Virus record (IMG/VR): IMGVR_UViG_3300008120_009089 | Origin: an uncultured virus (IMG/VR IMGVR_UViG_3300008120_009089) | Lineage: Duplodnaviria > Heunggongvirae > Uroviricota > Caudoviricetes | DNA: 64,000 nt | Direction: 5' to 3' (one strand) | Shown: piece by piece, positions 1 through 9,063 of the stretch | How positions within the stretch are numbered: the stretch's first letter is position 1 | How the letters are laid out: the number at the start of each line of letters is the position of its first letter | The notes under the pieces: model-generated | What the model was told of the DNA's origin: nothing | Databases searched by the model: none | Seen by the model: the letters and a program-made list of their open reading frames with translations, nothing else | Translations under genes and position numbers: made by a program

Positions 1-302
1 AAATATCTATTTTTAATTCTTTCAATAACCTCCTCTTTTGAGTTATATTTTTTTAATATTTTCGAACGTTTATCTTTGTTATTTTTTACCCATTCATATG
101 AACGGTCTATAACATCTTGTTTATTATTTTGATAATATTTATCCTTGATAGATTTAACCACTTCAATATTATTACTAATCCATTTTTTATTTCTACTATA
201 ACAACAATCTTTACAATCTTTACGCAATCCATCCTTAGAGGATTTTCTTTTATAGAAATTTATCTCATCCTTTTCAATATTACAAATACTACAAATTTTC
301 AT
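1..302 (-). CDS. HNH-family endonuclease, N-terminal part (runs off the window)
   Basis: Not in the ORF track. ATG at 302 reads MKICSICNIEKDEINFYKRKSSKDGLRKDCKDC..., the same CxxC..CxxC, Lys-rich N-terminus as the HNH ORFs at 38727, 40684 and 46911. Confidence 0.7.
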   Translation of the reverse strand, partial: MKICSICNIEKDEINFYKRKSSKDGLRKDCKDCCYSRNKKWISNNIEVVKSIKDKYYQNNKQDVIDRSYEWVKNNKDKRSKILKKYNSKEEVIERIKNRY

Positions 303-346
303 TTTATGAAACTTTTTTATTTTATATATAAAAAAGTTTCTCTTTC

Positions 347-538
347 CTAGTATACTTTTTTTATTAATTCTAATACATCTAAAGTACCCTCTCTATATGA
401 AAACTCCTTTAACCTTCTTTCAGGGAAATTAGAATTTCTCCATTTAGATGATACGGATTTAGTAACTTCGAAATACTCTTCTAATTTTTGATTATATCTT
501 TTCTGTATGTAAAATTCTATAAAAAATATATCTATCAT
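347..538 (-). CDS. small hypothetical protein, possibly HTH DNA-binding
   Basis: 63 aa; LEEYFEVTKSVSSKWR is HTH-like. Confidence 0.45.
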   Translation of the reverse strand: MIDIFFIEFYIQKRYNQKLEEYFEVTKSVSSKWRNSNFPERRLKEFSYREGTLDVLELIKKVY

Positions 539-566
539 TCTAATTTATTATTTTTATATATACTCT

Positions 567-908
567 ATGAAAAGAATAAAGTTGTTTGAGGAATTCCAAT
601 TTTCTTTTAATAAAGAAGATAAGATTAAATCTATTAAAAACCTACACGGTTTACCAAAAGAATTAAAAGAAGTTGCTTATGAACTCGTTAAATATGTGAC
701 AAGTGTTAAAAAAGGTAAAGTTTTTGGACTAGAATTACACCCAGAATTAAAAAGGAAAATTAAAGAAGGTGGATATCCAAATGGATATGATATGGGTATT
801 GATAAAGATGGGTATTTTATTCATACTCATAGAGCGCGTAGCAAAAGTCATGATAAACCTAGTGGTATCACAGCTAAAGAAATGAAATTTATAGATTCAA
901 CTGGTTAA
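567..908 (+). CDS. hypothetical protein with N-terminal MKRIKLFEEF tag (putative virion internal protein)
   Basis: ORF, shared N-terminal motif, TATATA box just upstream. Confidence 0.6.
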   Translation: MKRIKLFEEFQFSFNKEDKIKSIKNLHGLPKELKEVAYELVKYVTSVKKGKVFGLELHPELKRKIKEGGYPNGYDMGIDKDGYFIHTHRARSKSHDKPSGITAKEMKFIDSTG

Positions 909-909
909 A

Positions 910-1239
910 TTATCTTAACATCCAGTCACCAGACTTTATTTCTTTGAAGTTTGAAACATCATGTTTATATTCATAAACCCAACAATCTAAATCAGAAGAT
1001 GTTCTAACCTTTTTTCTAATATATTCATCACCTTCAAATTCATCTAATTTATCAAATACAACAGGATCTATTAAATAAACATCACCAACAACTTTACCTT
1101 CACCACTAACAAAGCCTGGATAAAAGTTATCAACTCTATATAATTTCCCCTTAATTGTAGATTTACCACAAAATGTAGTCTTACCTAAAAGATCTCTAGC
1201 AGAGTCTCTAAACATACCATAAACAAATATATACTCCAT
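910..1239 (-). CDS. gamma-glutamylcyclotransferase (GGCT/AIG2-like) family protein
   Basis: YIFVYG, YPG, V.G.VY and LDEFEG motifs. Confidence 0.85.
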   Translation of the reverse strand: MEYIFVYGMFRDSARDLLGKTTFCGKSTIKGKLYRVDNFYPGFVSGEGKVVGDVYLIDPVVFDKLDEFEGDEYIRKKVRTSSDLDCWVYEYKHDVSNFKEIKSGDWMLR

Positions 1240-1250
1240 AAATGTATATA

Positions 1251-1778
1251 TTAATTTAACAAATCGTTAATTATATGATCTCTATAATCATTAAAATATT
1301 TATTGAATTCTTCAACACCTACTCGGAATTCTTCATTCCTATCATTTAAAATTATTATCATTCCATGATAAATAGGATCCCAACAATAAAGATACTTAAT
1401 ATCTTCGTAAAATCTATATTTTCGACTACCATAATTATAGTCTAACTTACAATATTTTGTACAAATACAAACAAGAAAGTTATAAGTTACTTTTATATTT
1501 TCTCCACTTTTTCTATCCCAATGTCGCTTTATTTCTTGTTTTGATTTCGGGTTATATCCCTTTAATTTTTTAACTCTTTTCCAACCAAGTATTTTATTGT
1601 GTATTTCTTTTTTATCATTATTACACTTTTTGATGAACTCTAATTCATCAATACCTAATCGTTTAGCAAACTTCTCAGGACTAAATCTAGTAAACTTATG
1701 AAAATCGACTAAATTATCTTCGGTTATTTTAGTCTTGATTAAACTATCATATAATGAGTTATATTCTTCTAATGTCAT
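1251..1778 (-). CDS. hypothetical protein with C-terminal RDHIINDLL motif
   Basis: ORF 175 aa. Confidence 0.6.
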   Translation of the reverse strand: MTLEEYNSLYDSLIKTKITEDNLVDFHKFTRFSPEKFAKRLGIDELEFIKKCNNDKKEIHNKILGWKRVKKLKGYNPKSKQEIKRHWDRKSGENIKVTYNFLVCICTKYCKLDYNYGSRKYRFYEDIKYLYCWDPIYHGMIIILNDRNEEFRVGVEEFNKYFNDYRDHIINDLLN

Positions 1779-2272
1779 TCTAAAAACTTTAAAATCTTAC
1801 TTGATATGTTACATTGTTTTAAACCTTCTCGCTCACGAGTTTTAACGAAATTATCTAATTCACTTAAATCCATATCATCAATAGCAACCCAATGTGTTAC
1901 CTCTGGATGATTACTTAACCATAAGTTAATTTCATCTACTCGTATATCAGCTTTCTTAGTGATTGTTTGAAGTTCTGGTGTGAAATCAATAGGACCTTTT
2001 ATAACACCATATCGGTGAAATAAATCTTTCATTTCATCTAACGTAGCATGTAAACGCCAATCACTAGAACAAACTATCTCAGCACCAGATGTTAATATTA
2101 TATCATTTAAAACATCAACTGCCATCTTATTGAAATTGTCTAAACGAATGTAAGCAGGAATATCATCTTCGTCTCCACCCTCAAGAATAAATCGTTTCTT
2201 TTTCTGAAAACGACTACTCCATTCACGACTTAAACAAACCACTCCGTCATGATCTAAAAATATTACCTTCAT
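1775..2272 (-). CDS. HAD-superfamily phosphatase (Swiss Army Knife RNA-repair type)
   Basis: IFLDHDGV, IVCSSDWR and WVAIDD motifs. Confidence 0.8.
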   Translation of the reverse strand: MKVIFLDHDGVVCLSREWSSRFQKKKRFILEGGDEDDIPAYIRLDNFNKMAVDVLNDIILTSGAEIVCSSDWRLHATLDEMKDLFHRYGVIKGPIDFTPELQTITKKADIRVDEINLWLSNHPEVTHWVAIDDMDLSELDNFVKTREREGLKQCNISSKILKFLE

Positions 2273-2294
2273 TTTACAAATATATGAAAATTAA

Positions 2295-2480
2295 TTATAA
2301 AAAACTACTATTTCTATTATTATTCTTAATTGATTGTATAGAGAAATCTTTTATGTCACAATCAGTAATTGGATTAGATGAATGACCATATGGAACCGCA
2401 GTATATCTCTTAACACCATCCTTATCAGTTTGAATGATTGAGTAAAGTTTTCCATCTTTTGAGTACCTAAAAATTGTCAT
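2295..2480 (-). CDS. small hypothetical protein
   Basis: ORF 61 aa. Confidence 0.5.
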   Translation of the reverse strand: MTIFRYSKDGKLYSIIQTDKDGVKRYTAVPYGHSSNPITDCDIKDFSIQSIKNNNRNSSFL

Positions 2481-2517
2481 ATCTTTCTTATTTTTAATCT
2501 ATTATATGTATATATTT

Positions 2518-2558
2518 ATGTCAAAATGTCATAATTAGTCTAATGGCATATAATTTGA
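2518..2558 (+). promoter_or_regulatory. operator-like box ATGTCAAAATGTCATA plus sigma54-like promoter TGGCATATAATTTGA
   Basis: Same two boxes with the same 10-nt spacer occur upstream of dnaK (62436-62476). Confidence 0.65.
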
Positions 2559-2589
2559 AGATACTTATATAAAAAAAGAAAAAAAAGTT

Positions 2590-2910
2590 ATGAGAAAAAT
2601 TTATTATTTATTTGATTTAGTTGATTTATTTTCAAATGAAAATATTTTTGAAAATAAAATGAATTATCCAAAAGATGGTGATAAAAATTGGACCAAAACA
2701 ACAGAAGAATTTGAATCTAATGGAATGACTATTAAAAAAGAAACTTGGGTTAGCCTGGATGGAACATCAACGTATGTTAAAACATACACTGAAAACAAAA
2801 AGAGTATTGATGTCAAAGAGCTTGAATCCGCTTTAAAAATAGCAGTTGAAAAAGAAGAATATGAAAAAGCTGCTGAACTTCGTGACCAAATTAAGAAGTT
2901 GAAGAAATAA
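2590..2910 (+). CDS. UvrB/UvrC (UVR) coiled-coil motif protein
   Basis: C-terminal LESALKIAVEKEEYEKAAELRDQIKKL. Confidence 0.8.
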   Translation: MRKIYYLFDLVDLFSNENIFENKMNYPKDGDKNWTKTTEEFESNGMTIKKETWVSLDGTSTYVKTYTENKKSIDVKELESALKIAVEKEEYEKAAELRDQIKKLKK

Positions 2911-2940
2911 AAAAAAGACCTCAAAATTGAGGTCTTTTTT
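2909..2940. terminator. bidirectional intrinsic terminator
   Basis: aaaaaagacctc-aaaatt-gaggtctttttt. Confidence 0.8.
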
Positions 2941-3067
2941 ATTTTAAAAACACTATTCTGTGTTTGGGCCATCCAATATTGGATTTGACTCCACCACCTT
3001 ATTTTTCTAAATAAGGAAAATATGAAAGAAGATATTAATTATAAATTCTTTTTGTAGAAAAGTTTTA

Positions 3068-3244
3068 TTATTTATCACCTTTTTCTTCTTCAACTGAAGC
3101 CGCTCTATAAGGAGTAGCTAACTTCTTAATTTCACCAATGAATTTTCTTGCTTCACCAGCGTTTTTCTTAAATTTACCATTATGAGCTGCGTCAAATTTT
3201 TCCCATAAATCTTTTAATTGTTCATAAACTTCTTGTTTTGACAT
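3068..3244 (-). CDS. small basic protein resembling the Bacteroidetes histone H1-like (Hc1-family) protein
   Basis: Not in the ORF track. 58 aa MSKQEVYEQLKDLWEKFDAAHNGKFKKNAGEARKFIGEIKKLATPYRAASVEEEKGDK; the K..G.ARK....K...R.AS pattern matches. Confidence 0.55.
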   Translation of the reverse strand: MSKQEVYEQLKDLWEKFDAAHNGKFKKNAGEARKFIGEIKKLATPYRAASVEEEKGDK

Positions 3245-3288
3245 ATTATTTTATTTTATTTTTTAGGGTTAAGTACCCTTCGACTTTC

Positions 3289-4512
3289 TTATTCAAATAG
3301 ATCTGCTGCATCACTATCAACATATCCATCATTATCATCATCATCTCCACCCATTACTTCATTGAACTGTTTTTCAACCTCTTCAATTTCATCCAATGAT
3401 TTGAATCTGAAATAATCATTAACAATTGGTGCCATTTTTTCTAAAACATCTTGTGTAAACACCTCTTGAGTAAATAATTGTTTTGTTGTAACTGATTTCC
3501 CTAAGTGAGAAATATACCAACGGTTTCCACCAGGAACAAACTTAATCTCACCAGTTGATTTATCAACTTCTTCTTTACCTTTTGCGATACCAATTTGTTC
3601 AAAGAATTCTGGACGACAAAATGCGTCTAAGCCAGTGTAAGGATTCATACCATGAATAAAAGATATATCAAATCTAATTTTCTTAGGTTTTGCCAATCTA
3701 TTTTTTTGAGTTTTGAAAAGTACTGTAATACCGGAAGCACCTAAATCCATTTCATCCTCTTCAGAAGTTTTTAATTTACTTTTTGACATAAATCCAATTA
3801 CAGATGCTGAATAAAGTAGACCATTACCTCCGCGGAGTCGCTCTTGTGGAAAAAGATCCATTGTTAGATATGTATGGTTTGCCACCAAAAGTGGAATTTC
3901 TAAGTAACCCAAGTCTGTATTTATACTTCTAAACATAGAACCAAGTGCTTTAGCTTTAGTCATATCTTGTTTAATATCACCTTTTAATAAATCTTCTTTT
4001 TCTTTATTTGAAGCCATTTGTCCCAAAGAATCTAAAACAATCATCAATTTAGGCATCTCATAACCAGCTAGTTTTTGTTCTTTTAACTCATCTATCAATT
4101 TTGTTAAAGTTATGTTCACGTCTTCTACTTTATTAGATCTAACTAATCTAAATTTATCTAAAGAGTTATCAATTCCAAATTTTGGTAAGTCTTCTAAATC
4201 AATAGCCTGTTCAGTATCAATGTATATTACTGAATATCCTAATTTCTGAGCTTGTTTAGCACATGAGTAACAAAGAAAGCTCTTACCAGCACCTGATTCA
4301 CCAGCAAACGCAGTTATTCTATTTGTAGCAATACCACCCCCTAATAATCTACCAGATAAAGCAGCATCTAATAAATAAACACCAGTTGTTATAAATTGTT
4401 TTTCTTTAATTTCTTTTTCTACTAAAATTGGAACTGATTTTGCAATATTATCTAATATTGATCCAACTTTACTAAACTCAAATTTCTTCGTTTCTTTTCC
4501 TTGTTTTGCCAT
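3289..4512 (-). CDS. uvsX: UvsX/RecA-like recombinase
   Basis: Walker A GESGAGKS, YIDTE, IVLDSLG, VANHTY, GG.GLLYSAS. Confidence 0.92.
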   Translation of the reverse strand: MAKQGKETKKFEFSKVGSILDNIAKSVPILVEKEIKEKQFITTGVYLLDAALSGRLLGGGIATNRITAFAGESGAGKSFLCYSCAKQAQKLGYSVIYIDTEQAIDLEDLPKFGIDNSLDKFRLVRSNKVEDVNITLTKLIDELKEQKLAGYEMPKLMIVLDSLGQMASNKEKEDLLKGDIKQDMTKAKALGSMFRSINTDLGYLEIPLLVANHTYLTMDLFPQERLRGGNGLLYSASVIGFMSKSKLKTSEEDEMDLGASGITVLFKTQKNRLAKPKKIRFDISFIHGMNPYTGLDAFCRPEFFEQIGIAKGKEEVDKSTGEIKFVPGGNRWYISHLGKSVTTKQLFTQEVFTQDVLEKMAPIVNDYFRFKSLDEIEEVEKQFNEVMGGDDDDNDGYVDSDAADLFE

Positions 4513-4629
4513 TTTAATTAAATTCTTTTTTATACTTTATATATTAAAAAATAATTCCCCCTTTATAAATTTTTTTAAAAACTCCAAAATAAATTATCAA
4601 GGAGGGAATAATTTATTTATATATACAAT

Positions 4630-5679
4630 ATGACTAGGGAAGAATTTTTAGAAAGAGCACGTGATAAGCATGGATATAAATATGAATATCCAAATTTGAA
4701 AGATAAAGTATTATCAACTGATGATATAGATATAATCTATAACGGTGAACTATATAGACAAAAAGTTGTTAAGCACATAACATTGGGTCGTTGTCCAGAG
4801 AAAAATACACCAACAAAAACCACCGAGCAATTTATTAAAGAAGCTAAAGAAGTTTGGGGTGATAAATATGATTATTCATTAGTAAAATATAAGGGAGCTC
4901 TTAAAAAGGTTAAGATAATATATGATGGTCTTATATTTGAACAGGTCGCTATTTCTCATTTACAGGGACAATGTTGTGAAAAAAATTTAACCAAAGATAA
5001 TTTTATAAGAAAATCAATAAATAAACATGGTGATAAATACGATTATTCTATGGTTAAATATATATCAGGTGATATTCCTGTTTTAATAGGATATAAAGGT
5101 GTGTATTATTTACAAAAACCATATAATCACATAGGTGGTTCTAAACCAGAGAATATTGAATTATCAGTAAGAAAGACAACTAAAAAGTTTATACAAGAGG
5201 CTAATTTAGTTCATGATTTTAAGTTTAGTTATGATAAAACTGATTATGTTAAGAATCAGATTAAGGTTATAATTACTTGTCCTATACATGGTGATTTTAA
5301 TCAAACTCCACTTTCACATTTACAGGGTAATGGTTGCCCTAGTTGTAGTGAATCTCGTGGTGAAAAGTTAATTTCTAAATATTTGGATAAGAATGATATT
5401 TCATATTATAGACAGCATAAGTTTCCTGATTGTAAGAATATATTTCAATTACCATTTGATTTTTATTTACCGAAATACAGAACTATAATAGAGTTTGATG
5501 GTAAACAACATTATGAGCCGATTGAACATTTTGGTGGTTTAGAGGCTTATGAGCGTTTAAAGGTGAATGATAAGATTAAGAATGATTATTGTGAGGATAA
5601 TTATATTAATATAATAAGAATTAGATATGATCAGATTGATCGTATTTATTATATATTAAATGAGAGTTTAAGATTATAA
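4630..5679 (+). CDS. putative homing endonuclease (KYDYS-type repeats plus C-terminal PD-(D/E)xK/DUF559-like nuclease)
   Basis: Repeated F..KA...HG.KYDYS units, CPIHG..CPSC, LPFDFYL..IEFDGKQHY. Confidence 0.8.
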   Translation: MTREEFLERARDKHGYKYEYPNLKDKVLSTDDIDIIYNGELYRQKVVKHITLGRCPEKNTPTKTTEQFIKEAKEVWGDKYDYSLVKYKGALKKVKIIYDGLIFEQVAISHLQGQCCEKNLTKDNFIRKSINKHGDKYDYSMVKYISGDIPVLIGYKGVYYLQKPYNHIGGSKPENIELSVRKTTKKFIQEANLVHDFKFSYDKTDYVKNQIKVIITCPIHGDFNQTPLSHLQGNGCPSCSESRGEKLISKYLDKNDISYYRQHKFPDCKNIFQLPFDFYLPKYRTIIEFDGKQHYEPIEHFGGLEAYERLKVNDKIKNDYCEDNYINIIRIRYDQIDRIYYILNESLRL

Positions 5680-6096
5680 ACTAATACATACACAATAGTA
5701 ATCATATCCTTGATGACCTCTTAATAAAGGTTGTTCATACAAAACTTCCACTTTATAATTAGGATATTCGTCTTTTAGGTTATTTATAGCACCTTCCAAT
5801 TTAAGAAGGAATTCATTTGTTATTTTATTAAATTCAATAAAGTCGGATATTTCTCCTTTATATCCATCTGCTGTGAATTTCACTTCTAACTCAGGACAAT
5901 TTATAAATACTCTACAATCTGTTGGGTTTCCACTTTCGGTTACTTCTTCAAGTGTTTCTGAATTGCCCCAACGGAATTCACCACATTCATTATCTTCATT
6001 ATATGAATATTCCACTAAATCAGTGAAACAATGTTTGATATACTCAACATCAATTGAATTATCGGTATTTTCGTTAAATTTTCTTAGGTGTTTCAT
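5674..6096 (-). CDS. MKHLRKFNE-tag protein (paralog of 6476..6868)
   Basis: N-terminal tag; shares IEYIKHCF.DL and LKDEYPNY with 6476..6868. Confidence 0.7.
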   Translation of the reverse strand: MKHLRKFNENTDNSIDVEYIKHCFTDLVEYSYNEDNECGEFRWGNSETLEEVTESGNPTDCRVFINCPELEVKFTADGYKGEISDFIEFNKITNEFLLKLEGAINNLKDEYPNYKVEVLYEQPLLRGHQGYDYYCVCISL

Positions 6097-6479
6097 ACTT
6101 TATATTCAATATTTATTTTTAACTCACCAATTCTATTTACAATGAAGTTAACTTCATTTCCTTCACTTTCTATATCTTTAATTATGGCGTTTATACTATT
6201 AAGTGTTTCTTGTTTAATTCTTAATATTTCCATCTCATTTTCAATTGACGCTTTTAAAAAACCAGCATTTCCATATGGTGATCTATTCCATAATTTACCT
6301 TCAACAGGTTCCAATTTAACTTCAACATAAACACATTGAACACCTTCCACTCTTATTGGTTTTGCTATCAAAATATTAACATTATAGTAACCACTCTCTG
6401 AGATATCAGCAAAAAGTGTTTCTAGATATGATTTAGTTTCATCTTCAAAACTTTCATTAAATTTTCTTAGGTGTTTCAT
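6093..6479 (-). CDS. MKHLRKFNE-tag protein
   Basis: N-terminal tag, ATGA-coupled to neighbours. Confidence 0.7.
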   Translation of the reverse strand: MKHLRKFNESFEDETKSYLETLFADISESGYYNVNILIAKPIRVEGVQCVYVEVKLEPVEGKLWNRSPYGNAGFLKASIENEMEILRIKQETLNSINAIIKDIESEGNEVNFIVNRIGELKINIEYKV

Positions 6480-6868
6480 TTTTTATTATTTATATTTATC
6501 TGGAAGTAGTCATTTGGTCTATCATCATCCTCTTCGTAATTTATTTCAATATTATAATTAGGATATTCATCTTTTAATCTTTTGATTGAGATATCAATTG
6601 ATTTAATAATATGTGATATTCTTTCAGAATTACCAATCATTCTTTCAAAAGTTCCACCCTTAGTTATTCTAGGGATATCTATGGTTAAATCAACATATTC
6701 GTCATTAAGTGTGATTTCATCGTTTGGATTATCACGTAGATAATCTTCATGTGTATCATATTCTACATCACATTCTGGATCATCTGATAAGTCATTAAAA
6801 CAATGTTTGATATATTCTATATCAAGATGCTCATTTATACTTTCGTTAAACTTTCTTAGGTGTTTCAT
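6476..6868 (-). CDS. MKHLRKFNE-tag protein
   Basis: N-terminal tag. Confidence 0.7.
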   Translation of the reverse strand: MKHLRKFNESINEHLDIEYIKHCFNDLSDDPECDVEYDTHEDYLRDNPNDEITLNDEYVDLTIDIPRITKGGTFERMIGNSERISHIIKSIDISIKRLKDEYPNYNIEINYEEDDDRPNDYFQININNKK

Positions 6869-7353
6869 TATTTAAATTTACCTGGGTATATTTTTCTCCA
6901 CTCGTGACCTTGTGGTACATCAGATGCTCTAACACCAAATATCTTTTTCTCTGGACAAGTATCTTCTCCGTTTAATAAGAAGTTGTTATTACAAGCCCAA
7001 ACCTCAATATTTCTATTTATTCTTTGACCAACATGGAAAGGAAATCTAATATTAGCTTTATTGTCAATTGATTCTATTCTCATTGAACTATCTAATACAA
7101 CTGTTATTTGTAAATTTCTATTTCTTTTTCCTGTAAAAATTAGTTCTTTAGAGTTTAAATAGCTTTCACTTATTTCATCTTCTCCATTTTCTAACTCTTG
7201 TTCCATCTCAATCTTCTTTTTCTCTTCCTCTTCATCTAAATAACTAGGTAGATTTATTTCAGTTGGAGTGTCTTGGTTCCACTTGTGTTGAAACTTTCTT
7301 GCGAAGTCTTTATATTTTTCTATCTTTCCCATAAATAATTTTTGATTATACAT
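6868..7353 (-). CDS. hypothetical protein
   Basis: ORF 161 aa, TATATA box upstream. Confidence 0.6.
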   Translation of the reverse strand: MYNQKLFMGKIEKYKDFARKFQHKWNQDTPTEINLPSYLDEEEEKKKIEMEQELENGEDEISESYLNSKELIFTGKRNRNLQITVVLDSSMRIESIDNKANIRFPFHVGQRINRNIEVWACNNNFLLNGEDTCPEKKIFGVRASDVPQGHEWRKIYPGKFK

Positions 7354-7407
7354 TATATATTAAAATATAATTATTATATTTGTAAAACAAACAAAAAAAT
7401 AAAGGTC

Positions 7408-7635
7408 ATGGGAAGAATTAAAGATTTAGTAATTGAGTTACAAAATGAGTTTGGTTATAATATGGAATTCTTACCAGAAGATTTCAATATGGATGAATAT
7501 TTAGCAAAGAGAGCTCAAGAAGTAGAAGTTAAACCATTACCATTATCGAGTGTTGATAGAGATACTTTGAATTTTGCAACTAAAGTAACATACGAACCTT
7601 TATTTTGTGACAAAGTAAAATCAAAAAATAAGTAA
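7408..7635 (+). CDS. small early hypothetical protein (MGRIKDLVIEL...)
   Basis: Start placed at ATG 7408, downstream of TATATTTG (7375-7382). Confidence 0.6.
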   Translation: MGRIKDLVIELQNEFGYNMEFLPEDFNMDEYLAKRAQEVEVKPLPLSSVDRDTLNFATKVTYEPLFCDKVKSKNK

Positions 7636-7657
7636 AAAAACTTTCATATTTTCTTAT

Positions 7658-7686
7658 AAAAGTCTCTAAAACAGAGACTTTTTTTT
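7658..7686. terminator. intrinsic terminator
   Basis: aaaagtctct-aaaac-agagactttttttt. Confidence 0.75.
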
Positions 7687-7707
7687 ATTTTCTTTAATAT
7701 ATAGAAT

Positions 7708-8052
7708 ATGAAGGAAATAAAGGGATTTGAAGTTGTGCATTTAAAACCAAACGCACAAAATTTAGAAATGTGGATAGCATATGACATTGAAAGTAAAATG
7801 GCTATTGGACACATTTTCATGACTATTGAAAATAATCAAAAGATAAAATTCTTAGATGCTTGGGTTGATGAGGATCACCGAAGAAAAGGAATATTCAGAT
7901 CTCTGTGGGACACCAGATGGGACTTTGTAAATCAAAATTACAAAGGATATCTTGTTTATGCTTGGTGTAAAGATACTTCTCTTCCTCTTCTATTAGAGAA
8001 AGGTTTCGAACCAGGTGAAATAGTTACTTATGTAGAAAAATTTATAAACTAA
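7708..8052 (+). CDS. GNAT-family acetyltransferase
   Basis: AWVDEDHRRKGIF motif A; LLEKGF motif. Confidence 0.8.
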   Translation: MKEIKGFEVVHLKPNAQNLEMWIAYDIESKMAIGHIFMTIENNQKIKFLDAWVDEDHRRKGIFRSLWDTRWDFVNQNYKGYLVYAWCKDTSLPLLLEKGFEPGEIVTYVEKFIN

Positions 8053-8093
8053 AATATCTTTTAAATATATACTAATAAATAAAAGTATATACT

Positions 8094-8273
8094 ATGCCAG
8101 CAAAAGATAAAATGTTTTCATTAAGACTTCCAGCAAAATTTTTAGAAGAATATAAAGAATTTTGTGATGAACATTCTATAAACATCTCTAAAAGGATTAG
8201 AAAATTCATGGAGAAGGACTTAGAAGCTTGGAGAATTAGAAAACAACAAATGAATAACAAAAATAGTAATTAA
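8094..8273 (+). CDS. ribbon-helix-helix DNA-binding protein
   Basis: Not in the ORF track. MPAKDKMFSLRLPAKFLEEYKEFCDEHSINISKRIRKFMEKDL has the alternating strand plus two-helix pattern. Confidence 0.7.
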   Translation: MPAKDKMFSLRLPAKFLEEYKEFCDEHSINISKRIRKFMEKDLEAWRIRKQQMNNKNSN

Positions 8274-9016
8274 AAATAATCAGATTTATAAACCCATTTG
8301 TAACCACAATGGGTTTTTCTCTTACCATTACAAACATTTATAACATTAGATTTTTGATATCCAGCTTTTTCAATATCAACTAAACTTACCCATTCACAAA
8401 TAAGGTTATTATCCATATCTAATTGTAGTATTATATCTTTAGATTTTCCATAATTCCAAGATTTTTTACCTTTTTTCGAATCCGAAATTTTATTCTTAGT
8501 TTCATTTGATAATTTCTTACCAAGATTTATATCCCTCAATTTAGCTTTGGTATCTTCTGATAATACTTTACCTCTTTGTGATTCGGACATCTTTTTCTTA
8601 GTCTCATCTGATGTTACTCTATCCTTTCTAGCCAATCTTAATTTCTTTTTAGTTTCTTCCGTGTGTTTCTTTCCCCACATAGGATGGTTTTCACCAGAGA
8701 CATCTCTACCAAAAAAACCATTTACCATTGCAAGAGACTCATTTATATAATCTTTTGAATTAACTACATCAAACTCTATATGTAGTTTCAATTCTTCTGA
8801 TAGTGCATCTAATCTTGTATCATGATATGATAATATTTGTATTTTAAATAAATGTATATTATTATCTATTTCATCATAGAATATTTTTCTATATTTAATT
8901 GATCTTATACTACCAAAATATTTTCCAGATTTTATTTTCTCTTCCGATGTAGATCCTATATAAAATTTAGGCAATTTATATCCACTATAAGTGACTAAGT
9001 ATGTAACATATTTCAT
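8270..9016 (-). CDS. GIY-YIG homing endonuclease with NUMOD3/NUMOD1 DNA-binding repeats
   Basis: VTY..KFYIGS; HTEETKKK and SDETKKKMS repeats; VCNGKRKTHCGYKW. Confidence 0.85.
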   Translation of the reverse strand: MKYVTYLVTYSGYKLPKFYIGSTSEEKIKSGKYFGSIRSIKYRKIFYDEIDNNIHLFKIQILSYHDTRLDALSEELKLHIEFDVVNSKDYINESLAMVNGFFGRDVSGENHPMWGKKHTEETKKKLRLARKDRVTSDETKKKMSESQRGKVLSEDTKAKLRDINLGKKLSNETKNKISDSKKGKKSWNYGKSKDIILQLDMDNNLICEWVSLVDIEKAGYQKSNVINVCNGKRKTHCGYKWVYKSDYF

Positions 9017-9063
9017 ATACTATATATAAAAAGTATAACTACCTACTTGTATTATCCAAAACT

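Noticed and set aside
117..350. Plus-strand 77-aa hydrophobic ORF
   Set aside because: Antisense shadow of the minus-strand HNH-type gene starting at 302.
2664..2972. Minus-strand 102-aa ORF and similar shadow ORFs (5873, 6088, 8072, 8547, 10359, 11385, 11759, 16303, 19450, 21914, 23686, 24770, 26727, 28405, 33698, 35756, 40357, 41748, 46006, 49068, 50513, 51203, 51241, 54773, 55752, 58409, 60626, 62186)
   Set aside because: They overlap better-supported genes on the opposite strand or in another frame and show no recognisable motifs.
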